DNA from: Candidatus Woesearchaeota archaeon
Lineage (GTDB): Archaea; Nanobdellota; Nanobdellia; Woesearchaeales; DSVV01
Direction of reading: 5' to 3'
Assembly (NCBI GenBank): GCA_043813525.1
Contig: JBDRKY010000115.1
Coordinates: forward strand, 1 to 48,105
DNA length: 48,105 nt
Shown: one piece after another, positions 10,457 through 21,986 of the stretch
How positions within the stretch are numbered: position 1 is the stretch's first letter
Layout of the letters: each line of letters begins with the position of its first letter
The notes under the pieces: generated by a model
Seen by the model: only the letters and a program-made list of their open reading frames with translations
Told to the model about the DNA's origin: nothing
The model's database searches: none
Made by a program: the position numbers and the translations under genes

Positions 10457-10555
10457 TGAATTTATACTGCATTAAAATCGAAAAGTATTTAAAGAAACAC
10501 GCATTCAGGAATGTAGAATAATGAGATTTTTCTCGTCGAGAAAAGTGATATATAA

Positions 10556-12619
<2,064 letters not shown>

Positions 12620-12627
12620 GTTTTATA

Positions 12628-12801
12628 ATGAAACACATACTTAAATGTAACAAATGCAGTAAATATACAATGAAAGAGAAATGTGAGTGCGGTGGTAAAG
12701 CTGTAGAAGCAAAACCTCCAAAATACTCTCCAGAAGATAAGTATGGGAAATACAGAAGAGAAGTAAAACAGGAAGAGAGAGAAAAGAAAGGAATAATATA
12801 A
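12628..12801 (+). CDS. nop10: H/ACA RNP / ribosome biogenesis protein Nop10
   Basis: Manual translation MKHILKCNKCSKYTMKEKCECGGKAVEAKPPKYSPEDKYGKYRREVKQEEREKKGII*: Zn ribbon plus PPKYSPEDKYGKYRR. Sits directly upstream of PAC2, as is usual in archaea. Absent from the ORF track. Confidence 0.95.
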   Translation: MKHILKCNKCSKYTMKEKCECGGKAVEAKPPKYSPEDKYGKYRREVKQEEREKKGII

Positions 12802-12802
12802 A

Positions 12803-13591
12803 ATGAAATGGGAATTTACTTTGAAAGGCAAGCTGCCAAAACTGAACAAACCAATCTTATTAGAAGGTCTGCCAGGCATGGGTAATGTAGGTAAGGTTGT
12901 TGTAGATTTCCTTATAGATGACCTAAAAGCAAAAAAAGTATATGATATATTTTCCTATCGGCTGCCGCATACTGTTTTTGTGAATGAAAAGAACCTTGTT
13001 GAGCTGCCTTCAATTGAATTATATTATAAGACATTCAATAATCCAAAGAAAAATGACCTTCTGCTGTTAGCTGGCGATGTTCAGCCGTCAGATGAAGAAA
13101 GCAGCTATATGTTCTGTGAACAATTGCTTGATATCATAAAAACATTAGATTGCAGAGAGATAATCACAATAGGAGGCATTGGTTTGCAGGATGTGCCTAA
13201 GAAGCCAAAAGTATATTGCACAGGCAATGCCAAGGATATTGTGCAGAAATATATAAAAGATACAAAAGCATCAGGAGAGATTTATGGTGTTGTAGGGCCT
13301 ATCATAGGTGTTTCTGGCCTGCTTGTCGGGCTTGCTAAGAAAAGAAAGATTGATGCTGTTGCAATGCTTGCTGAGACAATTGCGCATCCAATGTATTTAG
13401 GAGTCAAAGGAGCAAGAGAAGTGCTGAAGATAATCGAAAAAAAGTTAGAGCTTAAAATCAACATAAAAGAGCTTGACAAGGAGATAAAAAACCTTGAGAA
13501 AGAGATACTGAAAACAACACAGGAGCTGAGCCAGATAAGCAAGGAAACTGCAATCAGCAAGCTCAAGAGAGATGTTTCTTATATTGGATGA
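12803..13591 (+). CDS. PAC2 family proteasome assembly chaperone
   Basis: PILLEGLPGMGNVGK, LAGDVQP, ITIGG and GPIIGVSGLL motifs, C-terminal SYIG, adjacent to nop10. Confidence 0.9.
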   Translation: MKWEFTLKGKLPKLNKPILLEGLPGMGNVGKVVVDFLIDDLKAKKVYDIFSYRLPHTVFVNEKNLVELPSIELYYKTFNNPKKNDLLLLAGDVQPSDEESSYMFCEQLLDIIKTLDCREIITIGGIGLQDVPKKPKVYCTGNAKDIVQKYIKDTKASGEIYGVVGPIIGVSGLLVGLAKKRKIDAVAMLAETIAHPMYLGVKGAREVLKIIEKKLELKINIKELDKEIKNLEKEILKTTQELSQISKETAISKLKRDVSYIG

Positions 13592-14231
13592 TAATCACAT
13601 AATATTTTGATTTTATTCTTGATCTAAGATCATATATATTATATAAGATATCATTGTTTTCTTCCTCAATAACAACATCAATATCCTGATAAAGAGACTC
13701 GTATTTCATAATTGGAGTGCCTTTTAGATCATAAAGAGAGATAATATCCAAAGCAGTGGCATAGATCTCATTCATTCTCACAAAAAATTCTTTTTCTCCA
13801 AAATCACTAATTGAAGTCTGCTTATTATGCTCTTTTACAATAATAGGCCAGTTAAGCCTGAATTTAACCCTATCTCGAAGTATCTGGATATCAACCTTGA
13901 TATTATCAGGATTAAATGTTATTTGGCTAAGAATATTATCACTGATACAACTAATAATATTGCCTGAGATATAATCAATCATCTGTGTTTCCAGATCTTC
14001 TAAAGAATTTATATTACCATCAGATTTAATAATAGATACCTGCAGCAATGAGTTCTCTGATACAGACTCAAAACAAGACTGAATATTGGTCTTGACTTCT
14101 GTAGGACTGGAATATATATGAACATTAGAATTATTTGAATTATTTTGGGGATAATAAGCAAAAAATATAATTGAAAATAAGATAATCAGCCCAATGATGA
14201 TAAAAATAGTAATCTGACCTCTTTTATTCAT
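13563..14231 (-). CDS. Class III signal peptide protein, short form of the D family
   Basis: MNKRGQ-ITIFIIIGLIILF leader; VKTNIQSCF...YISGNIISC...LNWPI pattern shared with the D paralogs. Confidence 0.8.
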   Translation of the reverse strand: MNKRGQITIFIIIGLIILFSIIFFAYYPQNNSNNSNVHIYSSPTEVKTNIQSCFESVSENSLLQVSIIKSDGNINSLEDLETQMIDYISGNIISCISDNILSQITFNPDNIKVDIQILRDRVKFRLNWPIIVKEHNKQTSISDFGEKEFFVRMNEIYATALDIISLYDLKGTPIMKYESLYQDIDVVIEEENNDILYNIYDLRSRIKSKYYVIIIQYKKHLS

Positions 14232-14286
14232 TGTTATTTATGATTGATTGAAAAATAATAAAAGAATAGAAAAAGCATAAATAAAT

Positions 14287-14436
14287 TTATGCCCTGCCTA
14301 AGATTCTCCAAGCCTTGATTCCTGAAGGAGCATCAGCAACTGCAAATCTTCTTCCTTTCTTTACCTTTATTTCATATTTGTCAGAATTGAACTTTTTCTT
14401 CCCTTTCACGTCATAGAAACTTAGTTTTTCAGCCAT
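14287..14436 (-). CDS. Small basic protein resembling crenarchaeal chromatin protein Cc1
   Basis: Manual translation MAEKLSFYDVKGKKKFNSDKYEIKVKKGRRFAVADAPSGIKAWRILGRA* (49 aa) with a strong GAGGAGGT ribosome-binding site. The KLxFYDxKxK-F-xDKYE...FAVA...GIKxxRxLG pattern matches Cc1 as I recall it. Confidence 0.75.
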   Translation of the reverse strand: MAEKLSFYDVKGKKKFNSDKYEIKVKKGRRFAVADAPSGIKAWRILGRA

Positions 14437-14653
14437 TTTGGTTCTACCTCCTCTTTTAGTTAATGTTTAATATTCCTGTGTAATACAGTAATAGATAATC
14501 TTACTATATGCTAATATATAAAGCTTTGCATAAAGTGGAGTAATTTGGTTAGTTTATTTATATATTGTATTTACTTGAGGGGGGTTAAATAAGTGAATAT
14601 AAAAGTAAAAAGTAAGAAAAAAACATATAAACAAGTAGTTATATTAAATAGGC

Positions 14654-14977
14654 ATGATAATCAAGCTAATCTATCTGATCATAACTTTTGCAGTCTCTGC
14701 AATCCCTCTAAATATCGCTGTGAAAATGCTTGGCGGAAAATCATCATGGCTAAAAGCAATCATAGCAAATATAGCTGTTGCGATATTAAGCTATATGATT
14801 AGCCTGAGGATTACTAAATTCAGTGGACTATTGTCTTTTATTATTCTTCTGCTTATCTATAAATTCATGTTCAGGATTGGATGGTTTAGAGCGTTTATTG
14901 CATGGCTCTTGCAGTTAGGCATAATCGCATTATTCTGGGTAGCTGTGTATTGGTTAATTGGGATAATGCTGTTTTAG
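14654..14977 (+). CDS. Small 4-TM membrane protein
   Basis: 107 aa, almost entirely hydrophobic, with WLKA and WFRA half-repeats. Confidence 0.75.
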   Translation: MIIKLIYLIITFAVSAIPLNIAVKMLGGKSSWLKAIIANIAVAILSYMISLRITKFSGLLSFIILLLIYKFMFRIGWFRAFIAWLLQLGIIALFWVAVYWLIGIMLF

Positions 14978-15034
14978 GTGATTTCCAGATTTTCACCACT
15001 ACTACTATATAACAAATTATATATATTAAGCAAT

Positions 15035-15047
15035 AAAACTTTTAAAA
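15035..15047 (+). promoter_or_regulatory. Putative archaeal BRE/TATA box
   Basis: AAAACTTTTAAAA about 26 nt before ATG 15073. Confidence 0.45.
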
Positions 15048-15072
15048 GCAGATTGATTTCTTTATATTTAAT

Positions 15073-16224
15073 ATGAGATATAGGTTTCTTAACAACATCA
15101 TTGGCGATTTTGCCATTTTAACTACAGGCTTTTGTGCATCGATAGGGGTTATAAGTGATAATGGAATAGATAAAGATGAATGGCTTACCATTAGAGAGCC
15201 AATAGCTATTAATGACGAAGATATTATAAGAACAGATGAAAATACAGATAATCATGCATTAAGTGATCATACATTAAGTGATCATACATTAAGTAGTCAT
15301 GTAATTGAAGCTGTTATAACTAATCAAAATGAGGGATTAGAAGACAAAATAGGAGGCAACATGCTTGATTCATTGCTTTTCTCACAACTTATAGCAAAAT
15401 TATCTGAAAAACCAAACGCAGTAACTTATCAAAGCATAAAATTTCTTGAAACATTATTCCCAGAACAATTCCCCATTGATGATAGATTATATGAAACTCT
15501 TCTTGAAGCCCATATCAGAAATATGATTGCTTCAATACCTGATAAATATGTACCAAAAGGATTTACTGACAGATATTTTGATGATTTCTTTGAAAACTAC
15601 ATAAAAGTATATGGTCACAATAGAATATTTCCTGAAGCGATTATTGTAACAAACAAATCAGTAAAAAGAGGGACAGATCATGTTCATCAAAAATATAGAG
15701 ATAGAAGAAAAAGAAGAGATGGAACATACACAAATAGTGTTTACAATTATTATGGAAGAACACGTGTGTTTATTCCCTCACATTACTTTGCATTTTCTTC
15801 TGAAGAAGTAAAACCATTAAAAACATATAGGACAACATCAGGGAAACATCAGGGTGAAAGGTCTGTAATAGCGACACTTGAGGAAATTAAGGCATTTGAA
15901 AAGCTAAAACCAAAAGAAAGAAGAGAGAAATATGGAATAACAGAGGCAAGAATAACCCCAGAAGGCCTGTTTTGGATAGACCAAATTAATGAAAATCCTA
16001 AATCACAATATGGACCTGCAACCATCTCAATAATGCCCCCTGAATCGAGAAAACTAGAAGAAGATAATACCGCTTATCACGGAAGTAAAGAAAGCAAAAG
16101 CAGAGGCGGGTTCCCAACATTTGGATGCATCAGAATGCCTAATAAAGATGTTGCTGAACTATATACTACATTAACCAGCCTTGAAAATAAAGGGATTGGA
16201 ACATTAGTTATAATAACACCTTAA
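15073..16224 (+). CDS. L,D-transpeptidase-like (YkuD family) protein
   Basis: KTYRTTSG...ITPEGLFWI...AYHG...PTFGCIRMPNKDVAELY...GTLVIITP: His-Gly and Gly-Cys-Ile-Arg catalytic motifs at YkuD-like spacing. Weakly hydrophobic N-terminus. Confidence 0.85.
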   Translation: MRYRFLNNIIGDFAILTTGFCASIGVISDNGIDKDEWLTIREPIAINDEDIIRTDENTDNHALSDHTLSDHTLSSHVIEAVITNQNEGLEDKIGGNMLDSLLFSQLIAKLSEKPNAVTYQSIKFLETLFPEQFPIDDRLYETLLEAHIRNMIASIPDKYVPKGFTDRYFDDFFENYIKVYGHNRIFPEAIIVTNKSVKRGTDHVHQKYRDRRKRRDGTYTNSVYNYYGRTRVFIPSHYFAFSSEEVKPLKTYRTTSGKHQGERSVIATLEEIKAFEKLKPKERREKYGITEARITPEGLFWIDQINENPKSQYGPATISIMPPESRKLEEDNTAYHGSKESKSRGGFPTFGCIRMPNKDVAELYTTLTSLENKGIGTLVIITP

Positions 16225-16233
16225 TATAAATTA

Positions 16234-19200
16234 TTAAGAACCTTTTATAACGACATAAGATGCTGCTTTTTCTTCTGCATTTGCAATTCTTGCAATATCT
16301 TGTTTAGATTGACCTGTTAAAATACCAGCTAAAACAGTTGATGTTGCATCTTTTCCAACTCTAGTTTGAGTTAATAAAAAATCAGTTTGAGGACCCAATG
16401 CACTTTTTAATTTAGGATAAATTCTTCCTTTGCTAAGGCATGCACTAGTTGATACTAAAGATAAAGTAGGGTTTGAATCAACATAATTAGAAAAAACATT
16501 AGGATTAATACCACCTCTAGTCCTATGATATAAACTAAATTGGCCATAAGAAGTACTATGTGAACTAATTGTAAACACATCAACACCACCTTTTGCTAAT
16601 TCCTGTTCTGCTTGCGCTTGAGAATATGCAACAACAACTTCTACATCTAATTGTTTTCCATCACTTCCTTTTATAGGATATTGTTTAGTGAATCTCTTAG
16701 TAGATGGAGAAGATAATTCTTCTGGACCTTCTGGAATAAGAATATTAGCATCATGATAGATAGTAGCACTTGCTTCATCTCTTTTTCCTGCAACATAAAG
16801 AACCCTTAATTTACCATCTTGTATCATATCCATATATTCTTGCCTGATTTCTACACCTTCTGCAACAAGTTCAGGATTAACTAATGAATCTATAAAATTT
16901 CCACTTTGCTCATAAGCAGTCTGCCTATTAAAACGATAATATGGCATAAATCTTGGATTTGTTCTGTCAATAATCGCCTGAAAATGCTTTTGAGGAAGAA
17001 GCACATTGCCTGCTTCAAACTCAAGCGGAACAGTAACATCTTTTGCTGCCTGAGATGGATTTAATCCAGGGACTTTATACAACCCAAACCCAGCAAATTC
17101 TGCTTTTGTTACTGTTGGCTCGTCTTCATCGCCTTCATCTAATTTATCATTATCTAAAGATTCAGACAACTTTTCAGCTCCTTCTTCTTCATCAAGTTCT
17201 GTTTCACTCTTAAACGCATACACTTTTCTGCCAGCAGTAACATCTACATTACCAAAACCTGTAATTTGTATTTTTCCGTCTTTTGCTTTAACTGAACTAT
17301 GATAAAATGTTTTCTGTGTCTTTAAATCAATAGTGCCTTGTGTGTTCTGCAAATAGGCTAATAAAGACTGCCTGCCAAACCTACCGTCTACTTTTATTTT
17401 TCTGCCGTCTAAAATAGTTTTGGATTGCCATTCTTTGACTTTAGCTATTGTCTGCTTATCATAAACACCTGTTTCATCTGCACCTACAGCTCTTTGAACT
17501 CTTATAAGGCTATCATAAGCACCTGTGCCTTGTTTAGGATAATCACCATCTGTAAAATAACCTCTTGAAGGAAGAATCATCATCTCTGTGCCCCATTTGC
17601 CATTTGCAATTTCATTTTTAACCAAAGCAGCTGGATTTATTTTTACCCTTACTTCCTGACCAGCAGACATAATCCCATCCTTTGTAAATTTAACAAAAAG
17701 ATTGCTCTGCTCATCATACCCTACTTTTTGTTCAGGGAAAAATATTTTTGTTCCAGATTTATCATGAGGTAAAACAGTCACATCATTTATTGTTAAAGCA
17801 TTATCCATAGGATCATCTTTAGAGCGAGGAACAACTAATTTAACCTTAGTATCAGCCTGTGAATATTTGTTTAGATTAAATGCTCCTTTAACCTCAAGCA
17901 CACCTTTATCTATTTTTTCACTAACATAATCAACTTCACTTCCATCTGAGTCAATATAAGTATAATCTCCATAAGGCTCATATTTAATTCTTTTAACTGT
18001 TGCAGGTGTGCCATCTTCACTTTGCAGAATTCTAATCTCTGGTCTGGCTCTTGAGTTGGTTTTTCTTCCATTCACTATTTTTTCTTCGCTGCCAACCTTA
18101 TAATAATCATCAACTGTTACATGAGTTGGACTAGCAAACTCTATACCTTGAACTTCTTCAAACTTGCCTGTAAATGCTTTCGAGCCAAAAGTAATATCAC
18201 TGCCGCCTTTAACTTTTACTGCTCTTAATGTACCTTTGCTCATCTTAAACTTGCCAGTTTCTTGATCTAACTTAAGATCACCTGTGAAATCAAGACCAAC
18301 ACTACGCACTGTTTCTGTTTCAGTTTCTTTTATAACAGGCACAATTTTAAGTGCTATTTTTCCTTCCATCTCTCCAATATATTCATAATCAGATGGATTC
18401 ATACCTAAATATTTCATCATAAATTTATAACCTTCAACTCTTTTTGAGATTTCACCTGCTTCTTTTAATTGCTGTGCTGATGCTACTGCATCATAAACAG
18501 GAATAGTTTTAGTTTGTTTTTGTTTTGAAACTACCCTAATTGAACCATCCTCAACAACCTTGATTGCATAATATTCTCTATTTTTTCCAATATAATCATT
18601 GATGTTAATTGCTCCATTTTTACCATTTAACACACCATCGTTTGAAAAAGATTTGACTGGACCTAAAATTCCATATGAATCTACTCCTTCTGATTTCAAA
18701 TATTTGCTGAACAGTTTTCTTGTCTCAGCATTTTCATTGATTAATTTTCCATTTGATTTAGTAAAATATCTTTTAGCTATGCTTCTGTCTGTTGCAGACA
18801 ATGATTTAAGTTTAGTTAAATATGTCTGAAATATCTTTTTATCAGCAGATGTATCAAATTTAGATAATTTTAAATATCTTCTTGCAATATTAAAATCATT
18901 ATTATCTATATAAACACCTTGCTGAAGATAAATCTGCATTAATTTACTGTCAATCTTGCCTTTTCTTAACAAATATTTTTGTGCCTGAGAACGATATACC
19001 ATCATCTGTCCTGGATTTTTCCTAAAAAAATCCTTTGCCAGCGCAGGGTCATCCAATACTGTTCCACCTGTGTATATAACTGTCTGGAACTGATCTACAT
19101 TATAGGCTGCTTTGGGATCTGTCTGCACAAGCTGGATAAGTTCAGCTTGACTGCATTTTGGCGGGCAAACAGCTGAGGCAGACAGAGATACAATTAGAAA

Positions 19201-19248
19201 AACTAAGATTATAATTATAATAAATGAAAGTTTATTAAAGCATTTCAT
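16234..19248 (-). CDS. Secreted multidomain protein with a peptidoglycan-binding-like domain and a possible C-terminal clan CD protease-like domain (cassette gene E2)
   Basis: Signal peptide ending SASA; VQRAVGADETGVYDKQTIAKVKEWQ...VDGRFGRQS (PGBD pattern); C-terminal VFTISSHS...LVSTSACLS. Confidence 0.7.
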   Translation of the reverse strand: MKCFNKLSFIIIIILVFLIVSLSASAVCPPKCSQAELIQLVQTDPKAAYNVDQFQTVIYTGGTVLDDPALAKDFFRKNPGQMMVYRSQAQKYLLRKGKIDSKLMQIYLQQGVYIDNNDFNIARRYLKLSKFDTSADKKIFQTYLTKLKSLSATDRSIAKRYFTKSNGKLINENAETRKLFSKYLKSEGVDSYGILGPVKSFSNDGVLNGKNGAININDYIGKNREYYAIKVVEDGSIRVVSKQKQTKTIPVYDAVASAQQLKEAGEISKRVEGYKFMMKYLGMNPSDYEYIGEMEGKIALKIVPVIKETETETVRSVGLDFTGDLKLDQETGKFKMSKGTLRAVKVKGGSDITFGSKAFTGKFEEVQGIEFASPTHVTVDDYYKVGSEEKIVNGRKTNSRARPEIRILQSEDGTPATVKRIKYEPYGDYTYIDSDGSEVDYVSEKIDKGVLEVKGAFNLNKYSQADTKVKLVVPRSKDDPMDNALTINDVTVLPHDKSGTKIFFPEQKVGYDEQSNLFVKFTKDGIMSAGQEVRVKINPAALVKNEIANGKWGTEMMILPSRGYFTDGDYPKQGTGAYDSLIRVQRAVGADETGVYDKQTIAKVKEWQSKTILDGRKIKVDGRFGRQSLLAYLQNTQGTIDLKTQKTFYHSSVKAKDGKIQITGFGNVDVTAGRKVYAFKSETELDEEEGAEKLSESLDNDKLDEGDEDEPTVTKAEFAGFGLYKVPGLNPSQAAKDVTVPLEFEAGNVLLPQKHFQAIIDRTNPRFMPYYRFNRQTAYEQSGNFIDSLVNPELVAEGVEIRQEYMDMIQDGKLRVLYVAGKRDEASATIYHDANILIPEGPEELSSPSTKRFTKQYPIKGSDGKQLDVEVVVAYSQAQAEQELAKGGVDVFTISSHSTSYGQFSLYHRTRGGINPNVFSNYVDSNPTLSLVSTSACLSKGRIYPKLKSALGPQTDFLLTQTRVGKDATSTVLAGILTGQSKQDIARIANAEEKAASYVVIKGS

Positions 19249-19261
19249 ATTTATTCCTCAA

Positions 19262-20926
19262 TCATTCCTCAATCTCATACTTATCATCAATAATAAATAT
19301 CATATTTTCTGAAGCAAGATAACCATCTTCATCAATAACACCTATTTTTATAGTGTGTTCACCAATATCTTCTTCTTTTGGAGTAAACTCTATCAATCCT
19401 GTATCTTTATTTATTTCAAACAATTCTGTGTCTGCAAAATAAGTTAATTTTGTATCTTTTAATTTATCTGATTCATTATCAATATTTAAAGACTCAAAAC
19501 CAGGAGTTGCTTTTACTTGATATGTAAACAGCTCACCAACAACTGCTTCCTGATAATCAATTGGCTCAATTATAGGGTTAAATAATGGTTTAGTAATTTT
19601 AAGTATGAATTTTGTTGACTTTATATTACCATCATTATCTATTACTGCAATTGTAATCATATTGTCACCAACATCTCTATCTTCGGGAGTAAAATTAATC
19701 AGACCAGTATTTTTATCAATATCAAACATTTCTGAATTATCATAAAACTCTAATCCTAATTTCAATGATTCTTCAATTGCTGAATCTGTAACTATTTCAA
19801 TGTTATTCCCAATATTATTTAACTGATTCATATTTTGTTCAAGACCAATTACTGTTTCAACAGCATAATTAAAATCATAGCCAGATTGTGCATACTGCAC
19901 AGGGATTTGCTTTATTGAGAAGGTGTTTTTAGATTGATATTTTGATTTATTTAAACTCATATCCTCAATTCCTTTACTATATTCATCCTTAATATCAAAG
20001 AAATGGACAAACATAAATGTAACATTTCTTCCGTCAGTATCTTCTTTTGTCAAATAATAAATATCCTGAACAGTATGATTAGGATATAATTTAGTACCAG
20101 GAATTAAAGAAGCTGGAGATGTAGAAGAGACAGAAGATGTAGAAGAGACAGAATCCAATAAAGCAAAATCAATATTTTCAGGCAAAACAACAGTGCCATA
20201 ATCCTCTGATTCTAAATTATTAAAAAATAAGTCATATTTGTCAGCAATTTTCTGCATGCAGGTTAAACATATAGCATTTCCACTGTCTAACTGTTTAAGT
20301 GAATATTCTTCTGCTGCTGCAAATAAAACAGGATAAACACTTTTTATTTCATTTTCAAAAAAACTAATACTATGAACTGTATTGCCAATTGTAATTTTCA
20401 AAGGATAAATCATCTTTACTAAAATAGTATCATCTAATATATTAATATTAATACTAAAATCAGGTAATTTTGATTCTTTTTCAATATTGTATTTTACAAT
20501 GGAAAGATCAATGCAGTCTTTAGCAATTGTTCTCATTCTTTTTGATAACTGCTGTTCTAATACTTCTTTTACAGGGATTAAATCTCTGCCAGAATAAACA
20601 TAAAAAGGAACATAAAACATAATTTCATCAATTAAATAAGGAACAGATAATAAATCTCCACTAGTTTCATCATATTGTATATCATAAAATCCACCTTGGA
20701 GAGAGTTCATTGCTGTAGCTTCTCTTAATGAAATGTCCATACAATTAGTAACAGATTTGTAAAAAGGCATTAATTCTGATGGAACATTTCTTAGATTTTT
20801 ATTAGTTTTTTTCAATATATTGCTATTATGCAAAAAAACAGTCATAGAAATCAAAATTAATACAATTAATGCAAATATGATAAATAATGTCATTGCACCT
20901 TTCTTGTTTAAATTAATACTTACCAT
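19262..20926 (-). CDS. Class III signal peptide protein with two C-terminal Ig/cadherin-like repeats (cassette gene D2)
   Basis: KKGA-MTLFIIFALIVLIL leader; VTNCM...SLQGGFY; 2 x FxIxKxTGLIxFTPxxxDxGxxxIxIxVIDxDG. Confidence 0.8.
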   Translation of the reverse strand: MVSINLNKKGAMTLFIIFALIVLILISMTVFLHNSNILKKTNKNLRNVPSELMPFYKSVTNCMDISLREATAMNSLQGGFYDIQYDETSGDLLSVPYLIDEIMFYVPFYVYSGRDLIPVKEVLEQQLSKRMRTIAKDCIDLSIVKYNIEKESKLPDFSININILDDTILVKMIYPLKITIGNTVHSISFFENEIKSVYPVLFAAAEEYSLKQLDSGNAICLTCMQKIADKYDLFFNNLESEDYGTVVLPENIDFALLDSVSSTSSVSSTSPASLIPGTKLYPNHTVQDIYYLTKEDTDGRNVTFMFVHFFDIKDEYSKGIEDMSLNKSKYQSKNTFSIKQIPVQYAQSGYDFNYAVETVIGLEQNMNQLNNIGNNIEIVTDSAIEESLKLGLEFYDNSEMFDIDKNTGLINFTPEDRDVGDNMITIAVIDNDGNIKSTKFILKITKPLFNPIIEPIDYQEAVVGELFTYQVKATPGFESLNIDNESDKLKDTKLTYFADTELFEINKDTGLIEFTPKEEDIGEHTIKIGVIDEDGYLASENMIFIIDDKYEIEE

Positions 20927-21004
20927 CTTTTGTATAATTGTATATATAGACCTTTATATAATTTACTATTTAATTATTTAAGAATAGACTTATTACATAC
21001 TTTA

Positions 21005-21832
21005 TTACATACTTTTTTTCACAACTAATCCCAGATAATGCTTTCCCCAGTTAGCATAACACACAAACACAAGAAGATAGATAAAATAATAAACTTTAGG
21101 CGGAAGGAACTTAATCAATATTACCAAATTGATAATTATAAACAGAATGAATAACAGAATTATGTAAGGTATGATGAATAGGTATATCTTTGCGAATGCA
21201 ACCCTTAAAAATCTGCTGAATGAACTCCCTAAATTATATGATGATTTTAATTTATCTTTACCCATCAATACAAAGACTGCATTGCCTGTATGAGATAGAT
21301 GTACTGTTAAAGGAAGCATAAACAATAATGCGAAGATTGTCTGGTTCTCATCCTTTACATAGATCGCTGTGAAAAAAAACATGATAACAAAAAATAATGC
21401 AATTGCAAAATTTACCAATAAAAGCTTAAGGAAAGTCTTATAATCATATCCTTTACCAAATATCTTTGCCCAGATAAGGCCTTTGAAAAGACTGAAGTTT
21501 GCCAAAAGCAAAAGTAGCACGACAAAAGCAAAGAAACAAAAGACATAGATTGAAGATTTGATCTCCTGCGCCATAACACCGACAGTTTCAAAAGGAAGAT
21601 GCTGCATGCCTTCAACAAAATTTTTTGCCTTGAACAGAAACGCTGCCTTTGGAAGCACAAACCTGACAAAACTGATAAGTATGATGCCAAAGACAAGATA
21701 GTAGATAAGATCATACATCACTGTGAACAGATATGATTTAAACTTCTCAGTATCGCAATCAAAGCTCTGCACAAATGATGTGTTTTTTATGAAATTTAAT
21801 GGTTTCATCTTATATCCCATAATAAACTTCAA
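21005..21832 (-). CDS. Multi-pass membrane protein (cassette gene C2); start uncertain
   Basis: About 6 TM segments; YDLIYY, FKGLIW and NWGKHY align with IDISY, VKALIW and NWGRIY of C1. ATG starts lie at 21820 and 21808. Confidence 0.78.
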   Translation of the reverse strand: MKFIMGYKMKPLNFIKNTSFVQSFDCDTEKFKSYLFTVMYDLIYYLVFGIILISFVRFVLPKAAFLFKAKNFVEGMQHLPFETVGVMAQEIKSSIYVFCFFAFVVLLLLLANFSLFKGLIWAKIFGKGYDYKTFLKLLLVNFAIALFFVIMFFFTAIYVKDENQTIFALLFMLPLTVHLSHTGNAVFVLMGKDKLKSSYNLGSSFSRFLRVAFAKIYLFIIPYIILLFILFIIINLVILIKFLPPKVYYFIYLLVFVCYANWGKHYLGLVVKKSM

Positions 21833-21986
21833 TAAATATGTATATTTAAATATTTAACTAATTATAGAGCAAGTACAGGCAATGTAATTAAATTAGTACT
21901 ACATAAAAACAATAGATTTAAATATATGTAGTACTAATTATATAATTATAATAAATTATTTGTAATGCAATGTTGATGGTGGTGTT

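Noticed and set aside
14593-14802. 69-aa plus-strand ORF
   Set aside because: It overlaps the better membrane-protein ORF 14654-14977 in another frame.
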